DNA of 64,000 nucleotides from Octopus bimaculoides (Eukaryota): the NCBI RefSeq assembly GCF_001194135.2, contig NC_068998.1, forward strand, positions 53,035,388-53,099,387, in the 5' to 3' direction. Below, in pieces: positions 37,504 through 51,628 of the stretch. A program made the position numbers and the translations under genes. Below the pieces are notes generated by a model that was given only the letters and a program-made list of their open reading frames with translations, did no database searches and had not been told where the DNA came from. Positions within the stretch are counted from its first letter, which is position 1. Each line of letters begins with the position of its first letter.

Positions 37504-38271
37504 NNNNNNNNNNNNNNNNNNNNNNNNNNNNNNNNNNNNNNNNNNNNNNNNNNNNNNNNNNNNNNNNNNNNNNNNNNNNNNNNNNNNNNNNNNNNNNNNN
37601 NNNNNNNNNNNNNNNNNNNNNNNNNNNNNNNNNNNNNNNNNNNNNNNNNNNNNNNNNNNNNNNNNNNNNNNNNNNNNNNNNNNNNNNNNNNNNNNNNNNN
37701 NNNNNNNNNNNNNNNNNNNNNNNNNNNNNNNNNNNNNNNNNNNNNNNNNNNNNNNNNNNNNNNNNNNNNNNNNNNNNNNNNNNNNNNNNNNNNNNNNNNN
37801 NNNNNNNNNNNNNNNNNNNNNNNNNNNNNNNNNNNNNNNNNNNNNNNNNNNNNNNNNNNNNNNNNNNNNNNNNNNNNNNNNNNNNNNNNNNNNNNNNNNN
37901 NNNNNNNNNNNNNNNNNNNNNNNNNNNNNNNNNNNNNNNNNNNNNNNNNNNNNNNNNNNNNNNNNNNNNNNNNNNNNNNNNNNNNNNNNNNNNNNNNNNN
38001 NNNNNNNNNNNNNNNNNNNNNNNNNNNNNNNNNNNNNNNNNNNNNNNNNNNNNNNNNNNNNNNNNNNNNNNNNNNNNNNNNNNNNNNNNNNNNNNNNNNN
38101 NNNNNNNNNNNNNNNNNNNNNNNNNNNNNNNNNNNNNNNNNNNNNNNNNNNNNNNNNNNNNNNNNNNNNNNNNNNNNNNNNNNNNNNNNNNNNNNNNNNN
38201 NNNNNNNNNNNNNNNNNNNNTCCAGTACCGCTGCCGTAGTCTCCTTTAGAGAGACTTAGAAATATTAATAA

Positions 38272-38342
<71 letters not shown>

Positions 38343-38692
38343 TGTGTGTTTCTCAGTGTATGTATGAATGTATGTGTGTTTCTGTGTGTGTGTGTGGTGT
38401 TTGCGTGTTTCAAAGATTTGGGTTGGAATTATATTTGAAAAATTTTATGATCTTAAATTCCATTGTAGACCCTTCCGCTCCTTCAGTGATGGCATTTCAA
38501 GCACATTTTATTGAGTGTGAGCTAAGTGAGCACATTTATGAATGGCTCCCGTACTGATTTTTGAATGAGGAGATTCAGTAAGCATCTCATGCAAAACTAA
38601 CAATAACTTCGACCAATCAAATTTATGCTAAACACACATACACACGCTTACAAATACATTCACATACATATATGTCTGAGTGTGTATGTATG

Positions 38693-38729
<37 letters not shown>

Positions 38730-38796
38730 CTAATATAAATATATGGATACATAGGTATATGTATACATAGGTGTGTATATATGTATATACATACAG

Positions 38797-38829
<33 letters not shown>

Positions 38830-40186
38830 CATACATACATAGACACACACACGCACACATACATAGACACACACACGTATGCATTTTGTGTGTAGTACAG
38901 CACCGCAGAAGTTGTTTTGTCTCTTTATCCATTTGTTGCATTGCATGTCGTCATTCACGTATTTTCTGATTGCCGCCAGCTGAGAGTTAAGATTATCTCC
39001 GCAAGACACAAGAACATGTAATAATTCGAATCTCTCATTGTGAGCAACGTTACATCCGGAGATCGATCTCCTACATCCGGTTATTGGTAAACCCGAACCT
39101 CGACACTTGTATAAATTTATATTTTCTGGTAGATTATGCAATTACAATACGGTTCCCGCATATTTCTTCATTCTAATGAAACTGCGGTCTACACCATCTT
39201 TAAATTAAAGACCATTATTGAAATCAATTTTATGATACAAGTTGAGAATGGCATTGTTTGATATATTTAGAAATCTTCGATACGGAGTGTGTATTTGAAA
39301 TGCAAATTTGTATACCATTATCCACTCAGACCCACACAGTGTCACCTACTCACACCTAATTCATTTTGTCGTTTTTCGACTTTGTAGTCAATGCTCATTT
39401 GTCGCTATTTCCGATTAACTATTATTGTCCTTACAAAAGGAAAGTTGCATTGATCGTCTCATATGGATATTCAAGCATTGTTTGCAGTTCTACCTTCATC
39501 TTCATTTACCTGACTTTATATCGTCTCTATCTTAACACGACTTTCATTATATGTTTTTATACTGAATATAATGCGGCTTCGCCTTTTCTATTTTCTTAAA
39601 CAATATCTTTTATACTAACTTTACTGTTTACTTTTCGATTAACCGCAATGAATTCCCTTCTGCACTTCTCTAAATAAGAGTTTCGTATTTTTCATGCGTG
39701 AAAGACCTTTCTGTTTCTTACCTTCAAACATGTTTTCCTATCTTCTCATCTTTCTTCAGGTATTCTTTATTTTTTTTTATTTAGCTATCTGACGGGGTTA
39801 CATCGATCGACTTTATGCTAACTAATGGGCAGAGATATTGAGAACTACAGATATAATTGACTAAATAGAAGTGATTACAAACTCTATGATCACTCCTGAT
39901 CAACCCGTGACAATTTAACTGGGCATTTCTTATGAATTGAAAGTTAAGATAGTTAATATGAAGCAATGTTTGCTAACCGAACATCAGTCAATAGCAAAAT
40001 GATTGTTAAATCAGTCACCGTATTTAACCCATTTTGAGTGGACCAACAGTGGAGTGAGCTCTAAAAAGTGTCATTCAATATGTTAGATAGTAATGACTAA
40101 CAACCACTTCTTATTGCCTGATAATTAAGAGCGTATTAAAAAGAATTTCATCATTCTAAAATACAAAAAAATAACGGATTCAGCAG

Positions 40187-40234
<48 letters not shown>

Positions 40235-40559
40235 TAAACATGTGCGCGTGGTTGTAAATTTGTGCTGGTTCCCTTAGCATAGCTGCCGGACTGTGTTGGC
40301 TTGCTTACATCCCCGTAGCATTAGGGATTCTTTAACAGAAACGGAATTTGTAATTTTTTAAATTTTTTTTAGACGAATCACGTGAAGGGATGCCCAGTTA
40401 TAGAGGGTGTCCGGTAACCGAGACAAGTTACAGAAAAAAGATAAATATTAATTGGAAATGGTATAATAGTTTAAATGTAAGATTATAAAGGTCATCGTAT
40501 AAGGTCACTTGGAATAAAACATTCGATGAAATACTGGGTACCAAATATTGTTTCAAGAA

Positions 40560-41160
40560 GCCAAACAATCTTCTGTACTATTGTATTGGTGACTGATTGT
40601 GAGAATGTAAAACTTTTACAAGAAGGGGTTTGAGGATTACAATAGATTGATAATAAGACGCTCGCCATCCGTCGATCTAAAGTATACTGACGACATGGTG
40701 GTAATACGTTGACCAGCAGAAGGAATACAAGTAATATCGGATAATTTAATACGACGATAAAGGAAGCTTGACCAGGTCATTAACTGACCATAGTCATAAG
40801 AGACGAATTTAGATTATGTTAATCCATCTACTGTTGTCCAGAAGGGAAATTTATAAAGGTCACTGATGAAGTTAATTAGGGATTGTGGTTGCAAGCTACG
40901 GCTCACTTTGGAGTAGGGTTTTAAAAAACGCAAAATTATGAATGTTAAGATGTATATAGAAATCCAGATATCATTCGATGCATACCAATATAAAAATGCA
41001 TATATTTATTAAGATCAATAATATTTTATAGATATCGATCTTGGCACTGTAACCTTACGAATGCTACTGGATTACTCGTAGTTTGAGAAGAAAGCCTAAT
41101 CTAGAATATTAAAAGTAAAGATTCGTGTTTATGGGAACAACGAAAGTGTACGGGAAATAT
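40560..41160 (+). mobile_element. Ancient RTE-like LINE reverse transcriptase relic
   Basis: KGFEDYNRLIIRRSPSVDLKYTDDMVVIR*PAEGIQVISDNL (YTDD near 40683, cf. DL.YADD) and downstream RVYGN (cf. ELYGN). Confidence 0.45.
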
Positions 41161-41270
41161 TTAATGTGGCAGCAAGAGAGAATTTATTAGCTTGTTACAC
41201 CAGGAGTGGATGCGGCTAACACCTTGTATGAGTGTGTGTGTGTGTATGTGTGTGTTTGTGTGTATGTATG

Positions 41271-41342
<72 letters not shown>

Positions 41343-41390
41343 TGTATGTGTGTGTGTGTTTATATATATATATATATATATATACATAAT

Positions 41391-41479
41391 TAAGGGATCA
41401 GCAACAGTTGCTTCACCACATACCGAAGTTCTGAAATGCTGAAACTCCAACAGATAGCAATACTGTTGCTGATCCCTTA
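41391..41479. repeat. Hairpin with perfect 18-bp arms and 53-nt spacer
   Basis: TAAGGGATCAGCAACAGT (41391-41408) and ACTGTTGCTGATCCCTTA (41462-41479). Confidence 0.93.
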
Positions 41480-42294
41480 TGTTTATAAACGTATAACTTT
41501 TAAATAAGTTCTTCACCGATAATGGTGTTTACATACCGAAGGGCTTGGTAAAACTTATTAATTATTAATTTATTAATGAATTAATAAATTGATAATCCTT
41601 TACCCTTTTATTTGTAATATATACATATATATATATGTGTGTGTGTGTGTGGGTGGGTGTATGTATATACATATATTAGATATATATATTTTCATATATA
41701 TGTATTTGTGTTTGTGTCTGTTTGTCTGAAGCACTTCTTTTCTACACGTTTGCTAGATAGTATACCTATCACTGCAAAACCACGAGATAGATGGAAAAGA
41801 ACCCTTTGATAGTTCGTGGCGAAAGACGTTGTGATAAGTAGAAGATCCAAACATGTCTTTCTTCAGTTTTCGTCTTCTTTCATATTTCTCACTAAATGTA
41901 TTTACTCTGGAATCATAAGGTTTGATTATTTTGTGGAACTAAATTTCTGCCTCTGTTTTCTCTTAAATATTTTGTCTCCAATAAAATACTTTGAAATCTA
42001 CATTTTATTTAATTCACTACGAGTTTTACACTTAATTAGTGGAAAGAGAAAAGTTGTTCATCTCATTTATTGTTTATTAATAACATTGATATTTTCTTAA
42101 CTAATTAGTTACACTTCATAAATAACTTCACGTTCTCTCTCGTTCACTTTCATTCGGAAGATATATCACAGTATATCATAATACCTTAATTATCATTCAT
42201 TGTAAGACATTAAAATAACCCATAAAACTGTCCATGGCTATTTGTGATTCATTACACCAATTTATGTAATTTGCATAAATTACTCAGTTTTGTA

Positions 42295-42420
42295 TCCAGG
42301 TGCATTGATTAGCGGATAGAGTATTCGCCGCATGATCGTAAGGATGAGTTCGTTTCCCGGCCGCTCATTGCGTTCTGAAGCTAAACACATTATTTTGACG
42401 TTGCACCATGCCACTGGGTT
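42295..42420 (+). mobile_element. SINE family C 5' part
   Basis: GGTGCATTGATTAGCGGATAGAGTATTCGCCGCATGATCGTAAGGATGAGTTCGTTTCCC (A/B boxes)..TTTTGACGTTGCACCA. Confidence 0.68.
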
Positions 42421-42734
42421 GTGAGGGTATAGCTACTATAGGAGACTGACATGTCAGTCTTGGCAAACCAATTCTATTTATATAGATACTTCAGTTGCGA
42501 ACTATAAATTACATGTATATCCATTCCCACCGCCTGCAGCACTAAGTATCATGTACACAGAAACAAGTGTGCCTGTTTGTGGGTGTTTTAATGCGAGTAA
42601 TTTAAGTTTTGGATAACAGTTATGAGTTAATGTTGGACCCGGTGGATCTTTCAACATGGATCTTTCAGCTTCATCTAGAAGCTGCTGTAGTATACGAGTA
42701 ACCGCCCTCAGCTGGTACACTGTTATCTCTTTCT

Positions 42735-42783
42735 TGCCAAGTATATTATCTGCCGCGCTAACGATTCTGGCAGCTCGCCGCCC
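42735..42783 (-). mobile_element. SINE family A head fragment
   Basis: CGCTAACGATTCTGGCAGCTCGCCGCC is the reverse complement of the GGCGGCGAGCTG head. Confidence 0.72.
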
Positions 42784-44559
42784 TAAACACTAGCTGCATT
42801 AAAATATATATACGGTGTTGAAAGTTATGCTTCACTTGTCACCGAATCTATCAAAGACTACTATGGAAATGTGTTATCCCACTCCATCATATACCGTTGT
42901 CGAATTTCATCTGGTAAGGTCACATGTAACTCAAAATGATTTTTTAAATTCTTTATTCAAGCACATGGATGTATGGTGTATGCTGACATACAACTGACGT
43001 TCTTACTGGCATTTTGTTTTATCTACTAAACAGAGAATCTTTAAATGGAACATTAACGAAATGAAACATAGTAATAAAGTTCTGTTATTAGGCTGGTTAG
43101 TTTATGATTTGATGTTAACATAGAGCTAGTATATCTCTAACAATAGTAATATTGAGAAATTAACATTTCCTCGTGGCACAAACTATTTCCTTTTTCTGCC
43201 CTTGATATTTCCTGGTTTCACTTGTGTAATATTTATTTCATTCTAAACCTTATAACGGTTTACACCAGAATATAAGTAAGATACAGTAAAGGGTTAATCA
43301 GAATTTATTTAATATGAAATATTTTTACTTAATATTTTGGCAGCGAGCGTAGCATAAAAGTATATTATCTATTGATAAATGTGCAATAGAAACCAGAAGA
43401 CATTAATCAAAATCCTGCGTGTAGTCTGCTTATCTCTTCCTCAGCCTTGTATCGTGTATATATTCGTTCTTTTTGTCTTTCTTTCTTTTTATTCTTTCTC
43501 TATTTTCATCGTTTTTTCTGTCTTTGTTTCCTTCTACATATGCCCCAGTGGGAACACCCTGAAGTCTTTCTATGGTAAGAGAATGAACCAGAAATATCAA
43601 ATATCAACGGCATCATAACCTATCGTCACACATTTGGGGTATATTGGATACTTTGACCCTGGATACGCTATGCATGCAGACATCAGTGAGTAGTTACGGG
43701 TTAGGGTTAGGGTTACCAGTGTGATGGTAGCAGCACACGAAAGGGCTTAACCCGAGTTTCAGCAACATCCAGACCAACATGAACGAAGGAAATCCATGCT
43801 ATGTTATATGTTTTATATGCGACATATAAAGAGACACGCACCGCTTCTCTAAACACCAAAAGTAAATAATTATCTACAACTACCACTAATAAAAACAAAA
43901 CAGAATGCATGTCTAGATAAATTAGGTTTCATTGTATCATATTACTGATTTCATGTCACTTGAGAGGCAACAGTCCCTTTCATCCTCATAAAGATGATCA
44001 AATTAATTCTAGTGTTATGCACTTTCGTATACTCACTCAGGTTTTCTCCTCCAGATACTTTCTAAGAATCCTACTAGTAAAATTATTGATTTACAATATT
44101 CTGATTACAGTTAGATCATGCATTATATTTGATGAGCAGCAACAATTTTCTATCAGAACCGCCCCTGGAGTCTCCACCATGAAAATCTACACACAACCAG
44201 CCACCACATCCAGTGTTTTAATAACAGCGAAGTAGATGTTATTATATGACAGACTAAACTAATAGATTTTCTAAAATATTGCCATAAAATTCAAACGAAA
44301 ACTGTGCAAGATTCTAATTTATAAATCCTTTGACAGAGAGGAATCTTATTTTGTTGCAATAATGTCTTTATAGCGGTTGGCTAGTTATTTCCCACAGTTT
44401 TATAAATTTGATAGATTGCTTTATAAAATATCCTCCGAGATTTTGGATGGCGAGCAAAAGAAAACAAAATATTATTTTAATATTTGCTTTTTATTATCCA
44501 AAGTCTGAAATTTTGAGAAAAGGAGAATGATTTTTATTGAGATTGCATCGGTTATTAAT

Positions 44560-45500
44560 GAACTTAAGAGAAAATATTTATCTTCCTGCTTGACACTTAA
44601 TTCCTGTTTTCATCACCACATTTTAATAATGCTGGATTTTCTCCAATAGGTTTCATAACTTATAACTACTCATTCTTTCAATGTTCTAAATCGATAACTT
44701 GTTCTATTCTTTCTTTTTCCTGTTGTTTTTGATTGGCATTTTGTTTGACCAATTTCTTCGGTGGGGTCACTAAATATTGATCCGTTTTCTGTAGGGCCCA
44801 TATTACTGAAACCAACTCTGGAATTGCGAACAAATATTATACATTCCAGTTGAAGGACTCGGCAGAATTTTATCGTTTGTACAGAGATACATATAAAATC
44901 ATAAACAGGACTCACAAATATAGTAACGCAGCATTTGTCCCCTATCAACATGTGCAAACTCATTGTGTATTTAAAAATATTATAAGCCTCTATTAAATTA
45001 ATGGTGATGTTTCAGAGTTTTGAAAATGGTGTTATTCATAATTTTGTTATGGACATGTATGATTCATAAAAATATAGTTTATTAGATATTAAATGGTAAT
45101 TCTGTTTTTGTTGAACTTGCCATTTGAAATGCATCTCCGATTGTTTCCTTTGAACTTGAAAGCGCTCCAAAATCAACAAATTTGAGAACCATAACATTAG
45201 ACAAAATAATTTAGATAACCTTTAAAATTAAGATGGTTACCGATGGAATATCTTTGATCATTGCTTTCTTCAAAGAGCGTTGATTTTGTGTTAAAGAATA
45301 ACAATTTCATTAATTATTCACCAATAAACATGATGCTTCAGTTCAGAGTTTTCGTGTTCCCCATTTGCATAACAAATACCAAGACAATTTATGATATCCT
45401 ACTTTTGTATTGTTCGAAGTGTTTCAGACCTTGTCTCTGAGCAGTAGACCGAGAACCGTGACATCTTCATAAGTAAGAAATCGTGTTTTCCATTCTTAGG
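44560..45500 (-). mobile_element. Possible piggyBac-like transposase relic
   Basis: Minus strand DIINCLGICYANGEHENSELKHHVYW (45398-45321, cf. E...FLG....MG....P.L..YW) and later TTGKRKNRT..KYFLLSS (cf. GT.RKNR..V.LLST). Many stops and frameshifts. Confidence 0.33.
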
Positions 45501-45989
45501 TACATCTTAATAAATTATAGGATATATAACTCTTTGAAAATTGTTATATATTTTATCTCTATCGACCGATTTATCACTCTGTTTACCATATTTGCAGTTC
45601 ACTGAACGTTGATGATACAGAAATGAGATAATAGTTAATTACAAAATATATTCTTCATCTCGTTTCGTTAGCTGAAACATTAAAAGAACAAAAATATTAG
45701 CTATATCATGGTGCACTAAGTCAACATGATAACAATAATATAATATTGTTGGTCGTCATTGAAATGGTGGAAACACAGAGATGTAGGCTTTGTGACAGAT
45801 GTCTTACTGTATTTCAGCTGTTCGTTTTTCCTTCCTGAGCCTTAGCTTCTGATATTTATACAAACACAGTTTGCCCTGCATTCTCGCACACATAGCGGAA
45901 CACATGTACCCAAACACACACATATACACACAAATTTACAGACATACTTACGTGTCTTCATACAATACTACACACGCACATAGATATTG

Positions 45990-46152
45990 GTAATGCTGAA
46001 AAGTTCCTGGCTTTGGTTATAAGAAAATACAGGAGGATCAGCTAATCATGGTTTTATTCAACATATCCACCTTTCAGATTCACACACCTATTGCAGTGGT
46101 ACTTCAATTTTTCTATACCCTGTAAAAGAACTCGGAAGGTTTGGCCTGCAAC
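45990..46152. mobile_element. Mariner-type element terminal fragment
   Basis: GCTGAAAAGTTCC (from 45995) resembles mariner TIR cores and is followed by TTTTATTCAACATA..CACAC, typical of mariner subterminal sequence. Only one end is present. Confidence 0.5.
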
Positions 46153-47919
46153 ATACATGTATACATATATGCTACTTATGCATCTTAGGTTACACACTTC
46201 TGAGAAGACACTGTTCCGTGGTTATTTCCACGATTGGGCATCACATCTTATATTGAAATCAAACTCAGAAATCTTTATATTAAAACTATTTATCGAGGAA
46301 ACATTTTACGTTCTGCGTTCGGTAAACACCGATTTCCGAAGAATCCACTTCCTAATGTATTCGATGAATACCGAAATAAATTACTCTATTCCTTGAAAAG
46401 GCACCACATACCTATCCATGTCCTGTCAATAAACCCTTTTGAAATTCAGAAATATAAGAAGACCAATTCTCTGTATGGATGCAAACATATCAGATTTAAC
46501 ATGAGGTGTTATGGATTTAACGCTGCATTATTAAATCTATTGGCTAAATTGCATTTCATCTTAATAAAAAATGTCTACTTTATGTTTTCTTGTATAATTA
46601 TTATTTTTCATATCACTTCCAAAAGCAAGTAGTAGAAGGACCTTTTATGAACATTATTTTTCTTCGGAAATATAATTGTCCACACATAACTCTACAAATA
46701 TAAATATTTGCTTTTTTTCCCTCAAATTATGTGCTTTACTACTTAAGATTAAATCTCATAAAAGATGAAATGTAAGAATAGTTTAAGAAAATTGTGTTCT
46801 AATCCGTTAATTTATGAAAGAATAAATGACAATACTCATAAATATTCATAGATTAATTACCATTCTAGTTTTACATAAAATGAAATCACTCGCCGACCAG
46901 TGTTCTATAACGATTGAGTGTATACGCGCACGTGTGCACTTTGATATGAATATTGTATTGTAGCTTTATGACAGTAAATAAAATGCTTTCCTGTGATATA
47001 GAATAAAATTGGATTTTATTAAGAATGTTTGATGGTGCAAATTTGTAAATTTGATGACTCTGGAAACACATTATATTTCACGAATTACCATATCATATCA
47101 TATCATTGAAATCCATTTCAATTTAACAATAGTTTGAAGGGAGTTATATACTGAAAACGCTTTGGAATATGATGAATATAATATCTTAGACAATTTACTG
47201 AAATGTTTAAAAACGGAAATACGGAGCGCTTTGGTTAGTTGAAATCTAATGTGAATGCCTAACAGAATCACGAGATGCATTTCCTTTATTGGCACATGAC
47301 CTACACAAAAAGCAATAACAAAGACCACTTTCACCTCCGATATGGATAAAACATATATCTAACATAATATTACATAAACCTGAAAAAAGAAGATTATAGA
47401 ATTTCATTGATTTGAACATCTGCTTAAGGAATACAGAAAATGAATAATGAAATGAAAATATAGCAGTAGCCGGGATTATCCCCAGCTTATTTACAAAAAT
47501 CTGAATTCTGTGGAAGAAAATTCTGAAGCAAAAAAGTAAATAGAAACGATTTCATCCGGTTTTCCAAGTTAAATGTTCACTTTCAATCATGTCGTAGCAA
47601 CTTACACGTTTTTTGCAAACAGTTATATGAATTGCTTCATGTGAAGGTTTACAAATCCTTGTAAAATATGCTTTCATTTTCTCTACTTTATCCACTGGGG
47701 CGCATGATCGGTTAAAGCACGCATATATGTTTGCAAATAGCAAACAGGCATCATGTGCCTGCCATGGTTTGTGAAATTCTATGTCGTCATTTGTCACCAT
47801 GAGGAACTTCAAGTGGAATGCCTCTCATAATTTAGCTGCGCCTATTATGGACCCATCGTCTTAGAACGAGCAACGCATGCTAGCTTTTAGAGTTGCAGAA
47901 ATAGGCGAGTCCTCATGGC

Positions 47920-48052
47920 CAACTTTCTTTTCTTTTCTACTCTAGGCACAAGGCCCGAAATTTTGGTGAGGGGGCCGATTACATCGACACCACTACGTAA
48001 TTGGTACTTGATTTATCGACCACCGAAAGAATGAAAGGCAAAGTCGCGGAAT
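47920..48052 (-). mobile_element. SINE family A copy
   Basis: CTAGGCACAAGGCCCGAAATTTTGG..CGATTACATCGAC..GGTACTTGATTTATCGACC..GAATGAAAGGCAAAGTCG. Confidence 0.85.
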
Positions 48053-50469
48053 CATTAGTCTCCCTATCTGTATAAACAAAATTATGGTACATAATGTGCT
48101 TTTGAAAAAATTGAAAAGATACAACAAAAATGATAAGTTAATAATCCTTAGTCTTTGAACTGCCTTAATACCAAAGCTTAACCCTCTTAAATTTTTTCAG
48201 TTATCTATGCCTAGTAACTTTCAATGATTTTAAACATTTAAAAACGTCCTTACTATCCATCAAGGTCAAGAAAATACATTTCTCAAACTCAGTTTTAGTC
48301 GAAAAGTCGCTATATCTCATAAACGCGAGGAGAAATATTGTAGTTTAAGCATTAATTTTTTTTTCTCCAAATCGCTTGATAGCATGTCTGATGGATATGA
48401 AGCTATCACTATCGATACATTGCTTAAACGAGTAATGACTGACTACCTACTGGATAACATTCTTGTCAAAAATAGTTACGATCTTCTCACAAGACAAATT
48501 CAAATGTTGAATTGTAAAAAGTTCAAATAAATCTAGATTCGAAAACACAGAAATAAAAAACAGTAGGAAGGAACGAGTTTACAGTAAGAAGGAAAACAAT
48601 CGAAGTAACGAAACTAGTTAATGCGTTACTATATTCATCACTTAAAAAATAGAGACGTATACTGGGAGTAATTTGGTAATAGTTAAATTGATGTGAACAA
48701 ATGATATCCTAAACATATACACAGAAATTTATAGACATACATCATCGCTAATAGATGAGAAAATTTTCTGTAAATGATACAGGATTTTAATGATATTTAA
48801 CGTATGTTTTTTTTTTATTAAATGTAAATAAAACAAACAAAAACCCATCATATTTGGTAATTTAACAGATTGTTGCAATTACATAGAATTTCCGGTTATA
48901 TTAATATCAATAATTCTTCAACGATTTATGATGTCAAGTGAAAAAAATTCTGGCATTGAAATACACCTTACCATAAATTATGCTTCCAATATATATATAT
49001 ATATATATATATACAGAGAGAGAGAGGGGGTGGAGGTTTGGAGCGAGAGAAACACACACACACACACACACACATATATGTATCTATATATGCATATATA
49101 TATATATACATATTTATATACATATACACACTGACATGTATGTATGTATGTATCTATGTATGCTTGTGTATGGGGGGACTTGATCCGGTTGCTACATTTT
49201 TACAAGAATAAGAAATGGAATTTGGCCAAAAGAAAAGTTACCGCTTGATTGTAAAGATAAAAACAAATCACATTAACAAATTGTCTATCAATGGACAAAC
49301 AGTGCTGCATTAAATCATTTTACTATGGTCGCTATTTCAAACAAATAACACCAAACTTGAGAACGTTGCCACGAAGTAAAATATAAAGGAATTTTTACAT
49401 AATAAATCAATTGTCCATTATGAACATGTTGTATCAGTATTGTGGCAACCGTTAGAATTTTCTAGAGAATATTATAAAAATGTGAGCCAGTAGCGGAAAT
49501 ATAAAGTTAGTATTGAGTACGACCGTAAATGTTTAATCAATAGCGATGTCGAAAGAAAAACTAGAATGACCTCAAGTTAAATATTTCAATGTTAGAGACA
49601 CACAAGACATTAAAAGCAAGCAAATATAAACTCGAAAACACTAATTTTCGCTAGACTTCCCTTTAATGAAAGGTATATTAGTAAACTATAACTCAGCAGT
49701 TACAGTGCAAGGTTTCTTCGATAATTGACAGACAGTTCCTGATTAAATATTCGATGACAAATATACGTTGCACCATTCAACTAGATTTCTTTAGTTTTTG
49801 TTTCTTTCATGCAGTTCCACATCATCAAGGTCTAGATATAGATTACATCTTAAAGGTAAAATGGATGCTAATTTATCACGAAAATATGATAGTAAATGTT
49901 ACTTATTTAATAGTGATATACAAAACGTCAAACAGATCATAAATGACCATGGAAATATTAAATGCGATTTTACTTTTCTGTAAGTATTTATGTTCTGGAA
50001 ATCGGTATAACAAACACGTTTGAAGAAAGTCGGCCCACAATGAAAGCGTTAGAAATGTTAAGTTATGAGAAAAATGCAGCTACAAATAGAAAATATAGGT
50101 GCAATTTATTCGTCCAGAACATCAATAATATGCCATCGTGAAAAGGGATGAAGAAAAAATTATTCGATATCTTAGATGACACAATTAGCTAATTAGAAAT
50201 TTCGCCTTAAAAGAAATTTAATGAAGTTGAATTACAGTTGCAGAAAATAGGGAAAGGGGCCTGTTCTACAACTAACAACCACATCTCAAAATAACAACAT
50301 ATATCTTTGCCCAAAAAGGAAGGACAGAATGTATAATAAAATCGCCGATATGCAAAAAAAGTTGGAATGGCCAGTTCGGAAAGGTTGGATTATAGGTATA
50401 TCCACTTCGAACTAAAAGAGGATATATGAATTTGCGAGTTAAAGGATGTTAACATACATAAGTAGGGCT

Positions 50470-50620
50470 AAATGTGTCATAAGACGTTTGCTTCCCAAGC
50501 ACATGTTTCCTGTGTCAGTTCCTTGGTAACTTGGCCAAGTGTCTTCTACTATAGCCTCGGGTCGACCAAAGCTATGTGAGTGCATTCGGTAAAGGGAAAA
50601 TGAAAGAAAACGCTCGTATG

Positions 50621-50690
<70 letters not shown>
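50470..50690 (+). mobile_element. SINE family B 5' half
   Basis: TTGCTTCCCAAGCACATG..CTTGGCCAAGTGTCTTCTACTATAGCCTCGGGTCGACCAAAGC..GAAAGAAAACGCTCGTATGTATATA into (TA)n. Confidence 0.8.
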
Positions 50691-50692
<2 letters not shown>

Positions 50693-51287
50693 TATAAATA
50701 ACAATTGTAAGTCTCAGAACATTAAACGTAATTATCTAAATAGGATGCCGAAGTATTATTTTTTAAATGATCCTATATTCAAATTACTTAATATACTTGA
50801 TTGCTTAGTTTATTTTTTGGCTTACAAGAATGCAATGACTGAGATTATCATCCGCTTAATGCCAGATTTATGCCATAGCAAAGGATATGACTCGTACAAA
50901 TAAGATATCAAAGCAAGTCTAGTACACAGTCCATGGATTTCAATATCTAAAAATTTCGTTATCACTTAATTTCTAAGCCTTTGTGAGGTGAGTAATGGTT
51001 GTCTTGAAGGGCCTTCAATTTTCACGCTTGGCCAGAATATTCATCTTGGATATATTCTCTTGATATACGTGAGATTTATCTCTGATTTTCCTTTACAGCG
51101 TTTAGTGTAACGGTGGTTGGATTTTAGTGAAACACTAGATGTGAAAATAAAAGTTTGCCCCTCTTCAATTTACTTTGACATAAAATCCATTTTCTTGTAG
51201 AGAAATGCAGATATGCGGGGGCGGATTAAGCTTATTTGATATAAATCCTAATAGGCATCGCTGCATTACACAATCATATATAGATAT

Positions 51288-51338
<51 letters not shown>

Positions 51339-51585
51339 AATGTGTCTATGCATGTATATGTATATACATATATATATANNNNNNNNNNNNNNNNNNNNNN
51401 NNNNNNNNNNNNNNNNNNNNNNNNNNNNNNNNNNNNNNNNNNNNNNNNNNNNNNNNNNNNNNNNNNNNNNNNNNNNNNNNNNATATAAGTATACAAATGT
51501 GTGTGTATATACACATATATATATACATATATATAGACATATACATATAATATATGAATTATTACTGCATTCATACACACGCACA

Positions 51586-51628
<43 letters not shown>

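Noticed and set aside
38990-39600. Possible CR1-like 3' relic on the minus strand (..HNERFELLHVL)
   Set aside because: Similarity too weak to assign by eye.
47552-47812. 86-aa minus ORF with a GTAAGT donor-like site near 47600
   Set aside because: No recognisable domain, an in-frame stop just upstream and no convincing acceptor; not supportable as an exon.
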